Part shown: in pieces, positions 50,584-60,487 of the stretch | How positions within the stretch are numbered: position 1 is the first letter of the stretch | Layout of the letters: each line of letters starts with the position of its first letter | DNA from: Candidatus Actinomarinales bacterium | GTDB taxonomy: Bacteria > Actinomycetota > Acidimicrobiia > Actinomarinales > Actinomarinaceae | Direction of reading: 5' to 3' | DNA: 64,000 bases | Assembly: GCA_004213405.1 (NCBI GenBank) | Contig: SGYR01000001.1 | Location: forward strand, 8,866-72,865 | Program-made: the position numbers and the translations under genes | The notes under the pieces: model-generated | Databases searched by the model: none | What the model was told of the DNA's origin: nothing | Seen by the model: only the letters and a program-made list of their open reading frames with translations

Positions 50584-51445
50584 TCGAACCTGAATTTATT
50601 GTTAGATTGCTTAATACTATTTGAGGTCTCATGCCAGAACTTATCTCCTGCATTGCAATTTCAAGTTTTAGAATAAAATCATAGTAACCTTGATCAAGGT
50701 TTTCCTGAGTAATTAATGAACTTCCTAAATAAGTAAGACTTTCTATTAAAACAGAGTTTGAAGTTATGTTTCTGGTTTCGTCAAAATTGGAAACGAACTC
50801 ATTAATTGTGTTGAGAAAAATTTGGTAGCGTTTTATTCTTTCTGATTCAGTTTCATTAATTTCCTTGAGATCCTGTGTAGCTTCTTGTAATTTTTCAACT
50901 AAGTTCTTTTCTATATCCAAATTTAAATATGTACCATCTAAAAATTTTTCGAAATCTAAAGTTGAAAAATCAAATTTAATTTCATTCTCAGATTCAAGAA
51001 ATATTGTTCTACATCTACTTTTTATCGTAGATAAAATTGTGTTTTGCGAATCGTCTCTAGCATGTGACCAAAACTTACCTGAAGATAAAATTATAAAAAT
51101 ACTTCTACTTGAAGGCTCTTCGATAGTTTTAAGTAATGCATTTGATGCTTCTTCGGTTAATGACTTTACGGGAGGAAATATTACTACTTTATATCTACCC
51201 TCAATAGGTGAGAGACTATCTTTATTAATAACATCTCTTATATCTTCAACCCCTAAAGTGTTTATATTTTCAGAATCTATAATGTTGATATCAGGGTGTT
51301 CAGCATAATCTTTTGAATCAAAAGCTAATAACATTGCAAACATTTTTGCTTGTTTAACCAACTCAGATGAAAAATTCGAAAATAACAAATATGAGTGAAA
51401 TGGTGATTTTACTTCTTGTATTAATTTTTTATTTACTGTTGTCAA
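50576..51445 (-). CDS. holB: DNA polymerase III delta' subunit-like (clamp-loader AAA+ with degenerate P-loop)
   Basis: LLKTIEEP and SRC (ILSTIKSRC) clamp-loader motifs; follows tmk as in Actinobacteria. Confidence 0.65.
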   Translation of the reverse strand: MTTVNKKLIQEVKSPFHSYLLFSNFSSELVKQAKMFAMLLAFDSKDYAEHPDINIIDSENINTLGVEDIRDVINKDSLSPIEGRYKVVIFPPVKSLTEEASNALLKTIEEPSSRSIFIILSSGKFWSHARDDSQNTILSTIKSRCRTIFLESENEIKFDFSTLDFEKFLDGTYLNLDIEKNLVEKLQEATQDLKEINETESERIKRYQIFLNTINEFVSNFDETRNITSNSVLIESLTYLGSSLITQENLDQGYYDFILKLEIAMQEISSGMRPQIVLSNLTINSGSNE

Positions 51446-52040
51446 TTTCTAACCAGTTACAAATGGCCTCTACATTTACTTCAATATTGTTTTCTGCATT
51501 CAAAATTAAAAAGCTGTCTTTAAACTCTTCTGCAAGTTTTAAATATCCTTTACGCACTTTTTGAAAAAATTCTACTTTGTCGCTTCCAATCCTATCTGCT
51601 ACTTGTTGTCTTGAAAGTGAAACTTCTGGATCTATATCAAGAAGAACAACTCTTTCAGGCCAGTTGGATTGTATTGAGATATCGTTTAATTGATATATTT
51701 TTTCATATCCAAGACCTCTTCCTTCTCCTTGATAAGCAACAGAAGAATACGCGCTTCTATCTGACAAAACCACAACCCCATTATTAAGTGATGGGAGAAC
51801 TACTTCTTCAATCAACTGAGATCTTTGAGCACAAAACAATAGTGCTTCAGCCAGTGGGTTTACTTGATAGTCGTGACTTAATAATAACTCTCTAATACCC
51901 TCTCCTACGGATGTCCCACCAGGTTCTCTCACAATTGTATGTTCTTTTTTTTGAGAGTTTAAGATATCAGAAAGATTTTCAATAATGCTAGTTTTACCAG
52001 ATCCATCAATTCCTTCAAATGCTATGTAATTAGAATTCAT
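51429..52040 (-). CDS. tmk: Thymidylate kinase
   Basis: P-loop FEGIDGSGKT, DRS motif (LSDRSAYSS). Confidence 0.9.
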   Translation of the reverse strand: MNSNYIAFEGIDGSGKTSIIENLSDILNSQKKEHTIVREPGGTSVGEGIRELLLSHDYQVNPLAEALLFCAQRSQLIEEVVLPSLNNGVVVLSDRSAYSSVAYQGEGRGLGYEKIYQLNDISIQSNWPERVVLLDIDPEVSLSRQQVADRIGSDKVEFFQKVRKGYLKLAEEFKDSFLILNAENNIEVNVEAICNWLEIDNSK

Positions 52041-53368
52041 AATGGCTCATCCTCATCGCTCTCAAGATTTAATCTTAACTTGTTAAAATTTGAATTTTCA
52101 AACCCAAATTCTCTAATAATTTTTTTATATCCTCTTATAAAAGTCATGAATCCAGAAAATAATATAAAGCAGGAGCTTAATCTAAGTACCAATAAAACTC
52201 CATCTACCTCAAAGTAGTTATTTGCAAAGCTTGCGACAAAACCAGAAATGAAAACTGAAACCAACAGAGATAATCTCCCAATTGTATAAAAATTACCAAA
52301 AACTCTACCTCGAAGATTTTCAGAAGTTGTGCTTTGTAAATAACTGATTGTTAGTAAATAAACAGAACCTGAACCAATTCCAGAAATAAATATAAAAAAT
52401 AAAATAGTAGAAAACTCATAAGAGTTGAAGGCAAATAGTAATGAAAGGCCTGTGATAATCATGCTGATGCCTATAAAAAAAGACACCCTATTAAAAGTGG
52501 TTACAAAATAACTCAAAATTACCATTGTGAACACAATCCCAAAACCAAATGAAGCAATCATGAAACCAAATGAGCTCTGAGTAAATTTGAGAGATTGTGT
52601 AAGGTATGAGCTTCCCAAAACAAATAAAGCCCCTGCGCCAATAAGACTTAGAGAAATAGATGTTGTTACAGTCCTGAGTTCTTTATTTTTAAAAAAATAA
52701 TTTATTCCTTCTTTTATGTCTGAAAGAGCATTGTTTTGAGTTGTGGTTCCAACGCTTTGAGAACTGGTTTTTAAGGAAAATAATAAAATAGTTGATATTA
52801 AAAACGTTAATGAATCTAGAAGAAATACAACTGAACCACTCCAGCCATTACCGAATAAAACTATTGATTCTATAAACTTTGCATCAGAAAAAAATCCAAA
52901 TAGTAAAGATGCCATAGGAAGAGAAGCATAGGTTCCGACAACAAACAGTGAATTTGCTTTAACTAAGTAATTATTTTCTACTAACTCCGGAACAATTGCC
53001 TCTCTTGAAGGTTGTCTGATTAATGAAAAAATTTCAGCAATAAAGTTTATTAGAAATAGTTGAAAAAGAGTTGTGGTAAAAAATAATCCTAAAACAACAA
53101 CCATCCTTACTAAATCACTAATAATCATTACATTTTTTTTATTAAATCTATCCGCTAATAGGCCGGCAAATGAAGACATGAATGCTGGAATTATTCTTGC
53201 TACAACAGGTACTACAGCAGTTAGTTCAGAATTTCCTTCAGTTGTACCCAAATAACTAGCAAGCGCTACAGATGCAAAAAGCGTTGCCCAGTCACCAAAA
53301 CTAGAAAGGGTGCCTGACCACCACAAAATAGAAAAGGGTGATCTTGAAAATATTTTTACTGATTTCAT
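52037..53368 (-). CDS. MFS transporter
   Basis: 12-14 TM, MFS pattern. Confidence 0.7.
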   Translation of the reverse strand: MKSVKIFSRSPFSILWWSGTLSSFGDWATLFASVALASYLGTTEGNSELTAVVPVVARIIPAFMSSFAGLLADRFNKKNVMIISDLVRMVVVLGLFFTTTLFQLFLINFIAEIFSLIRQPSREAIVPELVENNYLVKANSLFVVGTYASLPMASLLFGFFSDAKFIESIVLFGNGWSGSVVFLLDSLTFLISTILLFSLKTSSQSVGTTTQNNALSDIKEGINYFFKNKELRTVTTSISLSLIGAGALFVLGSSYLTQSLKFTQSSFGFMIASFGFGIVFTMVILSYFVTTFNRVSFFIGISMIITGLSLLFAFNSYEFSTILFFIFISGIGSGSVYLLTISYLQSTTSENLRGRVFGNFYTIGRLSLLVSVFISGFVASFANNYFEVDGVLLVLRLSSCFILFSGFMTFIRGYKKIIREFGFENSNFNKLRLNLESDEDEPL

Positions 53369-53455
53369 TTCTTTTCTTTAATCCTAATAATATTTAAAAA
53401 TACTTTTTTTCTTAAATACTGTACATATGAACAAAATAGTGTTATCAATAAGAAC

Positions 53456-56146
53456 ATGTCAAAGCCTTTAGTAATTGTTGAGTCACCAACAAAAGTTAAA
53501 ACTATATCTAAAATTTTAGGCCCCGACTATGTAGTTAAGTCAAGTGTGGGCCATATAAGAGATCTTCCTAGAAATACAAAATCTATACCTTCTAAATTTG
53601 ATAGTAAGAAAATTTTATGGGGGGCAGTTAAACCTGGGAATTTTGAGAACATATATGTCATACCTGAAGACAGAAAAAAAATAGTGAGTGAACTAAAAGA
53701 AATAGCGGATACAGCTCCAGAAGTTTACTTAGCAACTGACGATGACAGGGAGGGTGAAGCAATTGCTTACCATTTAAAAGAAGCACTTGAAATTAAAGGT
53801 GAGCCAAAAAGAATTAAATTTAATGAAATAACTGAATCAGCAGTGACAAAAGCTATGAGTAATCCTGACACAATTGATGTAGGTAAGTTTAAATCATATG
53901 AAGCTAGAAGAACCCTAGACAGAATGATTGGTTATGAAATTTCTCCAAAAGTTAGAGATTTAGGTGGTGCTTTTATATCTACAGGTAGAGTTCAAGGACC
54001 AGCAATAAGGCTTGTTGTTGAAAGAGAAGAGGAAAGATTAAAATTTGTTAAATCTTTATATTTTGAAATAAAAGCAAATTGTGGAAGTAGTGAAGTTAAT
54101 TTTGATGCTAATTTAAAAAAAGTTGGTGAAAAGAGAATTGCAACATCAGCTGACTTTAACGACAAAGGTGAAAAAACAAATAAAGACAAGAAGTATCTTG
54201 ATAAAAATGATGCTGAGAAAATAGTAGAGATATTAACTAATTCGATTGCAAAAATTTCAAATATAAAAGAATCTTCAAGAAGCGGAAAGCCACCAAAACC
54301 TTTTAAAACTACAAGTTTGCAAACTTCTGCGAGAAGCAACTTAGGCTTTCAACCTAAAAAAACAATGGGCATTGCTCAAAGACTTTATCAAGAGGGATTA
54401 ATTACATATATGAGGACAGACTCTATAAGGCTCTCTGATAATGCAATCAAAGCTTCCCGCGATTATATTTCTGAAAATTTTTCAAGCAAACATCTTCCAC
54501 CTCAACCAAATTTATATGGTGATACAAAAAATGCCCAAGCAGCTCATGAGGCAATAAGACCCTCTGGAGATAAATTTATCACACCTGAAGAATTGCTATC
54601 AACTCATAAAGAAGATAGCGATGAATACAAGTTGTATAAATTAATTTTTAATACCACCGTAGCCTCACAAATGACTGACGCTCAGGGAATAACTAAAACA
54701 ATTGAAATAGAAGTTACGGATCCTGAATATTCTTCTCTGACACTTAGCATCTCTGGAACCACATGGACATTTGGTGGCTATAGAGATTTAATAAAAGATG
54801 CAACTGAAAAGTCTCAAGAGTTACCAGACTTAAAAGAAAATGATGAGGTGTCTATTGTTTCTGCAGAAAAAGAAGAAAAATTTACAAATCCACCAAATAG
54901 ATATTCCTCTACTTCACTAATTAACAAACTAGAAGAGCTTGGAATAGGAAGGCCTTCAACCTACGTCTCCATTATTGAAAGTATTACATCTGTTTTCATA
55001 AATGCTGAATCTAGTTTGAAACCTAGAATTTTAGCGATGGCTTTAATTAATAATTTCATGAAGCCACACTTTAATCAATATATTGATTATGAATTTTCAA
55101 AATCTATGGAAGATAATCTTGATAAAATCTTAGAAAGTAGTAATCCAGAAAAAGCCAAAATTGAATTTTTAGAAAACTCATTTAATACAATTAATAATCA
55201 TGTTGAAAATTATGGTGTACAAGACCCTCTTTTACTTACTACTGTTAATCTTCCATTTGAATCTAGATACGTCGTTAAAACAGGAAGAATACAAGGTAAA
55301 ATTCCTTACCCTTATCTCTTAAGAGATGATGACTTTAAGGTTGGGCTTCCACCAGAAATTACACTTGAAGAAATAGAAAATGAATACATCAAAGAATTAG
55401 AAAGTCATCAAGAAGAAAGTCTAAAAAAAGAACGTGTAGTCTCCAAATGTAATCTTTGTTCTGCTTCGATACTCATAAAACTAGGACCTAATGGAGGTTT
55501 TTATATTCAGCATGGTGAAAAACAAAAAGGAGTTAGACAAGAGAAGTGTAAATTCAAAAACCTTATTGGTCCAATATTTGAAGATGAAGATCCTGATACT
55601 TTAACTGAGGATCAATGTATCGAAAGATTTTCTTTATCTGCAAAAAATCCAAGAAAAGTAGTTGAGGTTGGTGATTGGACTTATTCTTCAGCTGTTGGGC
55701 CCTATGGTGGATATGCAATGAAACAAAAAAATAGAACTGTTTTTGATAATGATGAGCTGCAAGCTTTATCGAAAGATGAACTTAGAGAATTATTAGATGA
55801 TGAAAAAAATAAAGTTATTTCAAACTATTTAGGTGGAGAAATTCTTAAAATTCCAAAAAGTGCAACAAAAAATAAAATGATTGAAATGATAAACAATCAC
55901 TATTTATTAGATGAAAAATATATCAAAAAATTATCTAAAGAACATTTGGTTGGTTTAGCTAAATCTCTTGATATTGTTTTCTATAGAGGAAGATTTAGAA
56001 TGAAGCCAGAAGATGCTACAAAAGATAATCTTGTGAATAAAATCCTCATTGAGAAAAAGAATAAACCTTTAGAAAATCCTCGAGATGCTTTAACTATCGA
56101 AAAAGAGGCAATAATGTCACTCTTTGGAGATAGCGTAGAAGTCTAA
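53456..56146 (+). CDS. topA: DNA topoisomerase I (actinobacterial type with Lys-rich C-terminal domain)
   Basis: TOPRIM start VIVESPTKVKTI, catalytic Tyr region, basic C-terminal repeats. Confidence 0.95.
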   Translation: MSKPLVIVESPTKVKTISKILGPDYVVKSSVGHIRDLPRNTKSIPSKFDSKKILWGAVKPGNFENIYVIPEDRKKIVSELKEIADTAPEVYLATDDDREGEAIAYHLKEALEIKGEPKRIKFNEITESAVTKAMSNPDTIDVGKFKSYEARRTLDRMIGYEISPKVRDLGGAFISTGRVQGPAIRLVVEREEERLKFVKSLYFEIKANCGSSEVNFDANLKKVGEKRIATSADFNDKGEKTNKDKKYLDKNDAEKIVEILTNSIAKISNIKESSRSGKPPKPFKTTSLQTSARSNLGFQPKKTMGIAQRLYQEGLITYMRTDSIRLSDNAIKASRDYISENFSSKHLPPQPNLYGDTKNAQAAHEAIRPSGDKFITPEELLSTHKEDSDEYKLYKLIFNTTVASQMTDAQGITKTIEIEVTDPEYSSLTLSISGTTWTFGGYRDLIKDATEKSQELPDLKENDEVSIVSAEKEEKFTNPPNRYSSTSLINKLEELGIGRPSTYVSIIESITSVFINAESSLKPRILAMALINNFMKPHFNQYIDYEFSKSMEDNLDKILESSNPEKAKIEFLENSFNTINNHVENYGVQDPLLLTTVNLPFESRYVVKTGRIQGKIPYPYLLRDDDFKVGLPPEITLEEIENEYIKELESHQEESLKKERVVSKCNLCSASILIKLGPNGGFYIQHGEKQKGVRQEKCKFKNLIGPIFEDEDPDTLTEDQCIERFSLSAKNPRKVVEVGDWTYSSAVGPYGGYAMKQKNRTVFDNDELQALSKDELRELLDDEKNKVISNYLGGEILKIPKSATKNKMIEMINNHYLLDEKYIKKLSKEHLVGLAKSLDIVFYRGRFRMKPEDATKDNLVNKILIEKKNKPLENPRDALTIEKEAIMSLFGDSVEV

Positions 56147-57183
56147 ATTTCTGAAGTAAACTTATTTGTAGTTTTTTCCCAGGAAAAGTTTTCTTCAACG
56201 AAAACTTTTGATTGCTTACCAAATTGTTCAATCTCTTCAGGGTTGTCATTGAAATACTTTACGCCATCATATATGTCTTGTCTAGAACCGACAATGAAAC
56301 CGGTCTTTCCTGGAATAATAGTTTCAAAAGCTCCACCAGAACTGCCAACTAATATAGGCAAGCCAAAACTGCCTGCCTCCAAGTAAACAAGACCTAGGCC
56401 TTCAAATTCTCTTCCAAAAAATCTAGATTTGGCTGGCATTACGAATATATCAAGTTCCTTATAAAAGTTCGATAAAGAATGTTCTTCTTCATCACTATAA
56501 AATTCAATATTAGGCGATGAAACTTGGCTTAATTTTTTTAAATATTTCTCTAACTTTCCATACCCAAAGATCTTCAGGTCAACATTAACTCCGTCCATCT
56601 TTAATTCATGCAAAGCATCTATTACCCAATCAATTTTTTTTCTTGATACAAACCTACTAGCAACTCCAACTGTAAGGTTATCTTTAGTAGAGTAATCTTT
56701 TGTGTGCTCGTTTGGCTCTACTCCAGCTCCTATTAAAACAATTTCCGTTTCGGAAATATCTTCTAGTTTTCTTGCAGTAAAGAAACTAACAGTAAATATT
56801 TTTTCTAGCGCATTAAAACTTCTTCTCAATATTTTTTTTAATACAGGAATTGAATTGATTATATTAAATTCAGCTCCGTGAACAATCATGTATTGTTTTT
56901 TCCCTAATTTTTCAAGTTGATTAACTAATAAAAATTGTGGGTTGCTTGAAGCATGTAAAATAAGTTCTATATTTTTTTGATTAACAATATCGTTTATTTC
57001 ACGTACAAATCTGTTTCCAGCAAAGATAAAACTATATTTAGATTTGATTACATTATCACCTTCAGCCCAATTAGGTGCATATATAAAGGTCTCAAAATTT
57101 AAATTTTCACTAAAAGATTTAATATACGTAGAAATACCACCTTTTTTTGGTGAGTAATCATTTGTTATAACTAATGTTTTCAT
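56143..57183 (-). CDS. GT4 family glycosyltransferase (PimB/MgtA-like retaining GT-B)
   Basis: N-terminal GT4 donor-binding pattern and C-terminal E-x7-E-like region (EFEGLGLVYLEAGSFGLPILV). Confidence 0.75.
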   Translation of the reverse strand: MKTLVITNDYSPKKGGISTYIKSFSENLNFETFIYAPNWAEGDNVIKSKYSFIFAGNRFVREINDIVNQKNIELILHASSNPQFLLVNQLEKLGKKQYMIVHGAEFNIINSIPVLKKILRRSFNALEKIFTVSFFTARKLEDISETEIVLIGAGVEPNEHTKDYSTKDNLTVGVASRFVSRKKIDWVIDALHELKMDGVNVDLKIFGYGKLEKYLKKLSQVSSPNIEFYSDEEEHSLSNFYKELDIFVMPAKSRFFGREFEGLGLVYLEAGSFGLPILVGSSGGAFETIIPGKTGFIVGSRQDIYDGVKYFNDNPEEIEQFGKQSKVFVEENFSWEKTTNKFTSEI

Positions 57184-58384
57184 ATCCTATTTTTCCTACA
57201 TTATAAGACCAAAGAAAATATTTGTTATCATTAGGTACCAAACAAGAAACTCCAAGATTATTTGGAATTGTGAATGCTGATGCTGCTTTTGAATCCGGAG
57301 ATTTTATTAATTTTGTAATTGCTGATTTAATAGTTCCTCCATGACTTGCCATTAATAACTTTTTCTTTTCAAGACCGTTTATAAGATTTTCAACTCTTTT
57401 TCCTGCTTCATGTATTGACTCGCCATCAATGCCATATTTAGTTTTATGATTTATAAATAAAGCTTCTATAAAGTTTTCTTGATACTTATTTAGTATTTCA
57501 GAAGTTGTTAAGCCTTCCCATTGACCAAGGTCCATCTCGGTTAACTCGTCAGAAATTTCAATATTGTTTTCGGTGATTAAGGAAAGGGTTTGGTTTGCTC
57601 TTTTGTATGGAGAGGAAATATAAAAATCATAATTTTTAAATAAATCTTTTAAAAGAATTGCCTCTTTTATTCCCGTTTCATTTAAAGGGTTGTCAATATG
57701 ACCTTGCCAAATGCCTTCTAAATTTGAATCAGTCTGTCCATGTCTGATAAAGGTTAGTGCATCGTCTTTAGATTTAGCTGGAAAGTCTATATTCTCTTTG
57801 CTCAAATGAATTGAATCATTAAATTTATTTACCTGTGTAACTGTTTCTCTTTTCACAATTGTTGAAATTGCAGTATTTGTAATATCTCCTATTGGAAAAG
57901 GATATGTGTTAAACCCTAATGTCAAACCTATGGCAGTGCCTATAAAAAATCCATGTGTAACAACAACAGTTTCTGAATCTTCTTCTGTCTGATTAAAAAT
58001 GTATTCTAACTCGTTTTTAACTCTGTCTTTAAATTCTTGTACAGACTCACCATTAGGAAATTGAAAAGAGTCATTTTGCAGAGATTGAAAAATTTCATGA
58101 TTTGAAGTGTAGGTTTCTTTTACAGACTTTCCTGTAAAGTCACCGACATTAATCTCTCTGAGATTGTCTCTAAGGATTGAAGAACTAGACAAAAATGAGG
58201 CTGTTTGAGATGCTCTTTTTAAATCAGAAGAGAAAACTTTTGTGACTCTGCTGTTTATCCTTTCAGATAATAATTTGGCTTGTTCTAATCCTTTTTTATT
58301 TAAAGGTGTGTCAGTGTGTCCTTGCCAAACTTTTAGTGCATTCTGCTCAGTTTCACCATGCCTTATGAAATGAACTGTTTTCAA
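57158..58384 (-). CDS. Tandem (duplicated) histidine phosphatase / phosphoglycerate-mutase-family protein
   Basis: Two complete His-phosphatase modules: HFIRHGETEQN...VVVTHGFF and FIRHGQTDSN...MASHGGTI. Confidence 0.8.
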   Translation of the reverse strand: MKTVHFIRHGETEQNALKVWQGHTDTPLNKKGLEQAKLLSERINSRVTKVFSSDLKRASQTASFLSSSSILRDNLREINVGDFTGKSVKETYTSNHEIFQSLQNDSFQFPNGESVQEFKDRVKNELEYIFNQTEEDSETVVVTHGFFIGTAIGLTLGFNTYPFPIGDITNTAISTIVKRETVTQVNKFNDSIHLSKENIDFPAKSKDDALTFIRHGQTDSNLEGIWQGHIDNPLNETGIKEAILLKDLFKNYDFYISSPYKRANQTLSLITENNIEISDELTEMDLGQWEGLTTSEILNKYQENFIEALFINHKTKYGIDGESIHEAGKRVENLINGLEKKKLLMASHGGTIKSAITKLIKSPDSKAASAFTIPNNLGVSCLVPNDNKYFLWSYNVGKIGYENISYNK

Positions 58385-58389
58385 TTAAT

Positions 58390-60423
58390 TTAAAAAGCAG
58401 ATGCAAATATAAGGCTTACAATTGTCATAACCTTAATGACAATATTCATTGCTGGACCAGATGTATCCTTAAATGGATCACCTATTGTATCTCCAATTAC
58501 AGCAGCTTTATGTTCGTCAGAACCCTTTCCTGCTCCACCTCCAGCTTCAATATATTTTTTTGCGTTATCCCAAGCCCCACCAGAGTTTGCCATAAATATT
58601 GCCAAGAGAAACCCAGTAACCAACGACCCAGCTAAGAAACCTCCAAGTGCTTCCTTGTCCCAAAAACCAATTATTAATGGAAGGGCAATAGCTAAGCCAC
58701 CTGGAAGAAGCATTTCTTTTAATGCCGCCGTTGTAGCTATGTCTACACATTTTGTGTAGTCAGGAACAACTCCTTCTTTTCCTTCTCTCAAACCAGGGAT
58801 TTCATTAAACTGTCGTCTAACTTCTTCAATCATTTTAAATGCTGCTCTTCCTACTGCGTTAATGGTCATAGCGGCAAACAAAAATGGGAACATACCTCCC
58901 AAAAATAAACCTAAAGTTACTTCCACCTCTGTAATATCTAATTTTTCGATACCCGCACTTTGCACAAAAGCTGAGAATAAAGCTAATGCGGTAACTGCTG
59001 CAGATCCAATTGCAAATCCTTTTGCGATTGCAGCTGTTGTATTTCCTAGAGAGTCTAATTCATCAGTCGCTTCTCTAACTTCTGGAGGTAGGTGTGCCAT
59101 TTCAGCAATTCCGCCAGCATTATCAGCGATTGGACCATAAGCATCTACTGCTACAGTTATGCCTAATGTTGACAAAACTCCAATTGCTGCAATAGCTATA
59201 CCATAGATACCACCATCAGCACCCAATGCCCAGTCACCTGCTGTGTAAGCACCATAAATTCCAAAAACAACTACAACTACCGAAAAAGCTGCTGATCGCA
59301 TACCCTCAGATATACCTGATAACACAAGCGTCGCTGGACCAGTCTTTGCTTGATCTGCAATATTTTTAACAATTGAATAATGATCAGATGTAAACCACTC
59401 TGAAATTTGACCTACTAATAATCCGACACCAAGACCAATGATGACTGAGAAAAATAATCCTATTGGGTTTTCTGCATAATCAGCGAACATAAAGTCACTA
59501 AGAAAATAAACACCAACAACAGTCAGTACTGCCGCACTATATGTACCTCTATGAAGAGCTTGTGCAAGCTTTCCTTCTTTTGGAACAACTAAAAATGAAG
59601 AGAGAATTGATGCTCCCATTCCTATTGTTCCCACGGCTAGTGGAAAAAGTAATAAAGAAGGAAGTACACTTTGTCCAGCAAAAACAATTGCAGCATAAGC
59701 TAGTGGAGCAACAAGTGAGCCGACATAGCTTTCAAAGAGGTCTGCACCCATTCCTGCAACGTCACCAACATTGTCACCAACGTTGTCAGCTATAGTGGCG
59801 GGGTTTCTTGGATCATCCTCAGGTATTCCTGCTTCAACCTTACCTACTAAGTCTGCTCCTACATCTGCTGCTTTTGTATAAATTCCACCACCAACTCTTG
59901 CAAAAAGAGCTATTGATGAACCTCCAAGACCTATTGCTGCTAATACGTCATATCCGTTTGGAAGATCTAGAACTTCAATAAATAAATAATATCCCAAAGC
60001 TACTCCTAGCAACCCCAAGCCTGCAACTGTGAAACCCATAACTGCTCCACCTCTAAATGCTACGGGTAGTGCTTTAAGAGTGCCACCGTCCCTTGCAGCT
60101 TCTGTAGTTCTTCCATTTGCTGCAGTTGCAATTCTCATACCTACAAACCCTGCTAATGAAGAAAGTAAAGCGCCTGCAACAAATGCCACAGAACCCCACG
60201 GATATCCCCATTCAGTAAGAGAGGAAATCAAGACAGCCAAAATTACGACAAAAACACTAATCCATGAATACATTCTTTTTAAAAAAGCCATTGAGCCTTG
60301 TCTAATGGCAGAAGAGAGCTCTTCTACTCTAGAATCAGTTACTTTAATTGATAAAACTTTATTTGCATAAAAAGCTGCAAGCATTAAGCCGGCGGCAGCT
60401 GCAAGCATAGAATTAAATAGCAT
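58390..60423 (-). CDS. hppA: Membrane-bound proton-translocating pyrophosphatase (V-type H+-PPase)
   Basis: GDTIGDPFKDTSGPAMN and DNVGDNVGD motifs, ~16 TM. Confidence 0.95.
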   Translation of the reverse strand: MLFNSMLAAAAGLMLAAFYANKVLSIKVTDSRVEELSSAIRQGSMAFLKRMYSWISVFVVILAVLISSLTEWGYPWGSVAFVAGALLSSLAGFVGMRIATAANGRTTEAARDGGTLKALPVAFRGGAVMGFTVAGLGLLGVALGYYLFIEVLDLPNGYDVLAAIGLGGSSIALFARVGGGIYTKAADVGADLVGKVEAGIPEDDPRNPATIADNVGDNVGDVAGMGADLFESYVGSLVAPLAYAAIVFAGQSVLPSLLLFPLAVGTIGMGASILSSFLVVPKEGKLAQALHRGTYSAAVLTVVGVYFLSDFMFADYAENPIGLFFSVIIGLGVGLLVGQISEWFTSDHYSIVKNIADQAKTGPATLVLSGISEGMRSAAFSVVVVVFGIYGAYTAGDWALGADGGIYGIAIAAIGVLSTLGITVAVDAYGPIADNAGGIAEMAHLPPEVREATDELDSLGNTTAAIAKGFAIGSAAVTALALFSAFVQSAGIEKLDITEVEVTLGLFLGGMFPFLFAAMTINAVGRAAFKMIEEVRRQFNEIPGLREGKEGVVPDYTKCVDIATTAALKEMLLPGGLAIALPLIIGFWDKEALGGFLAGSLVTGFLLAIFMANSGGAWDNAKKYIEAGGGAGKGSDEHKAAVIGDTIGDPFKDTSGPAMNIVIKVMTIVSLIFASAF

Positions 60424-60487
60424 TTATATCCCCCTTAATGTGACTCATAATATGATACTAAAAATTTAATTTATTGGCCTATTTTTC

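Noticed and set aside
50865-51308. 147-aa + strand ORF inside holB
   Set aside because: Antisense to clamp-loader gene; no motifs.
53992-54339. 115-aa minus-strand ORF inside topA
   Set aside because: Antisense to topA.
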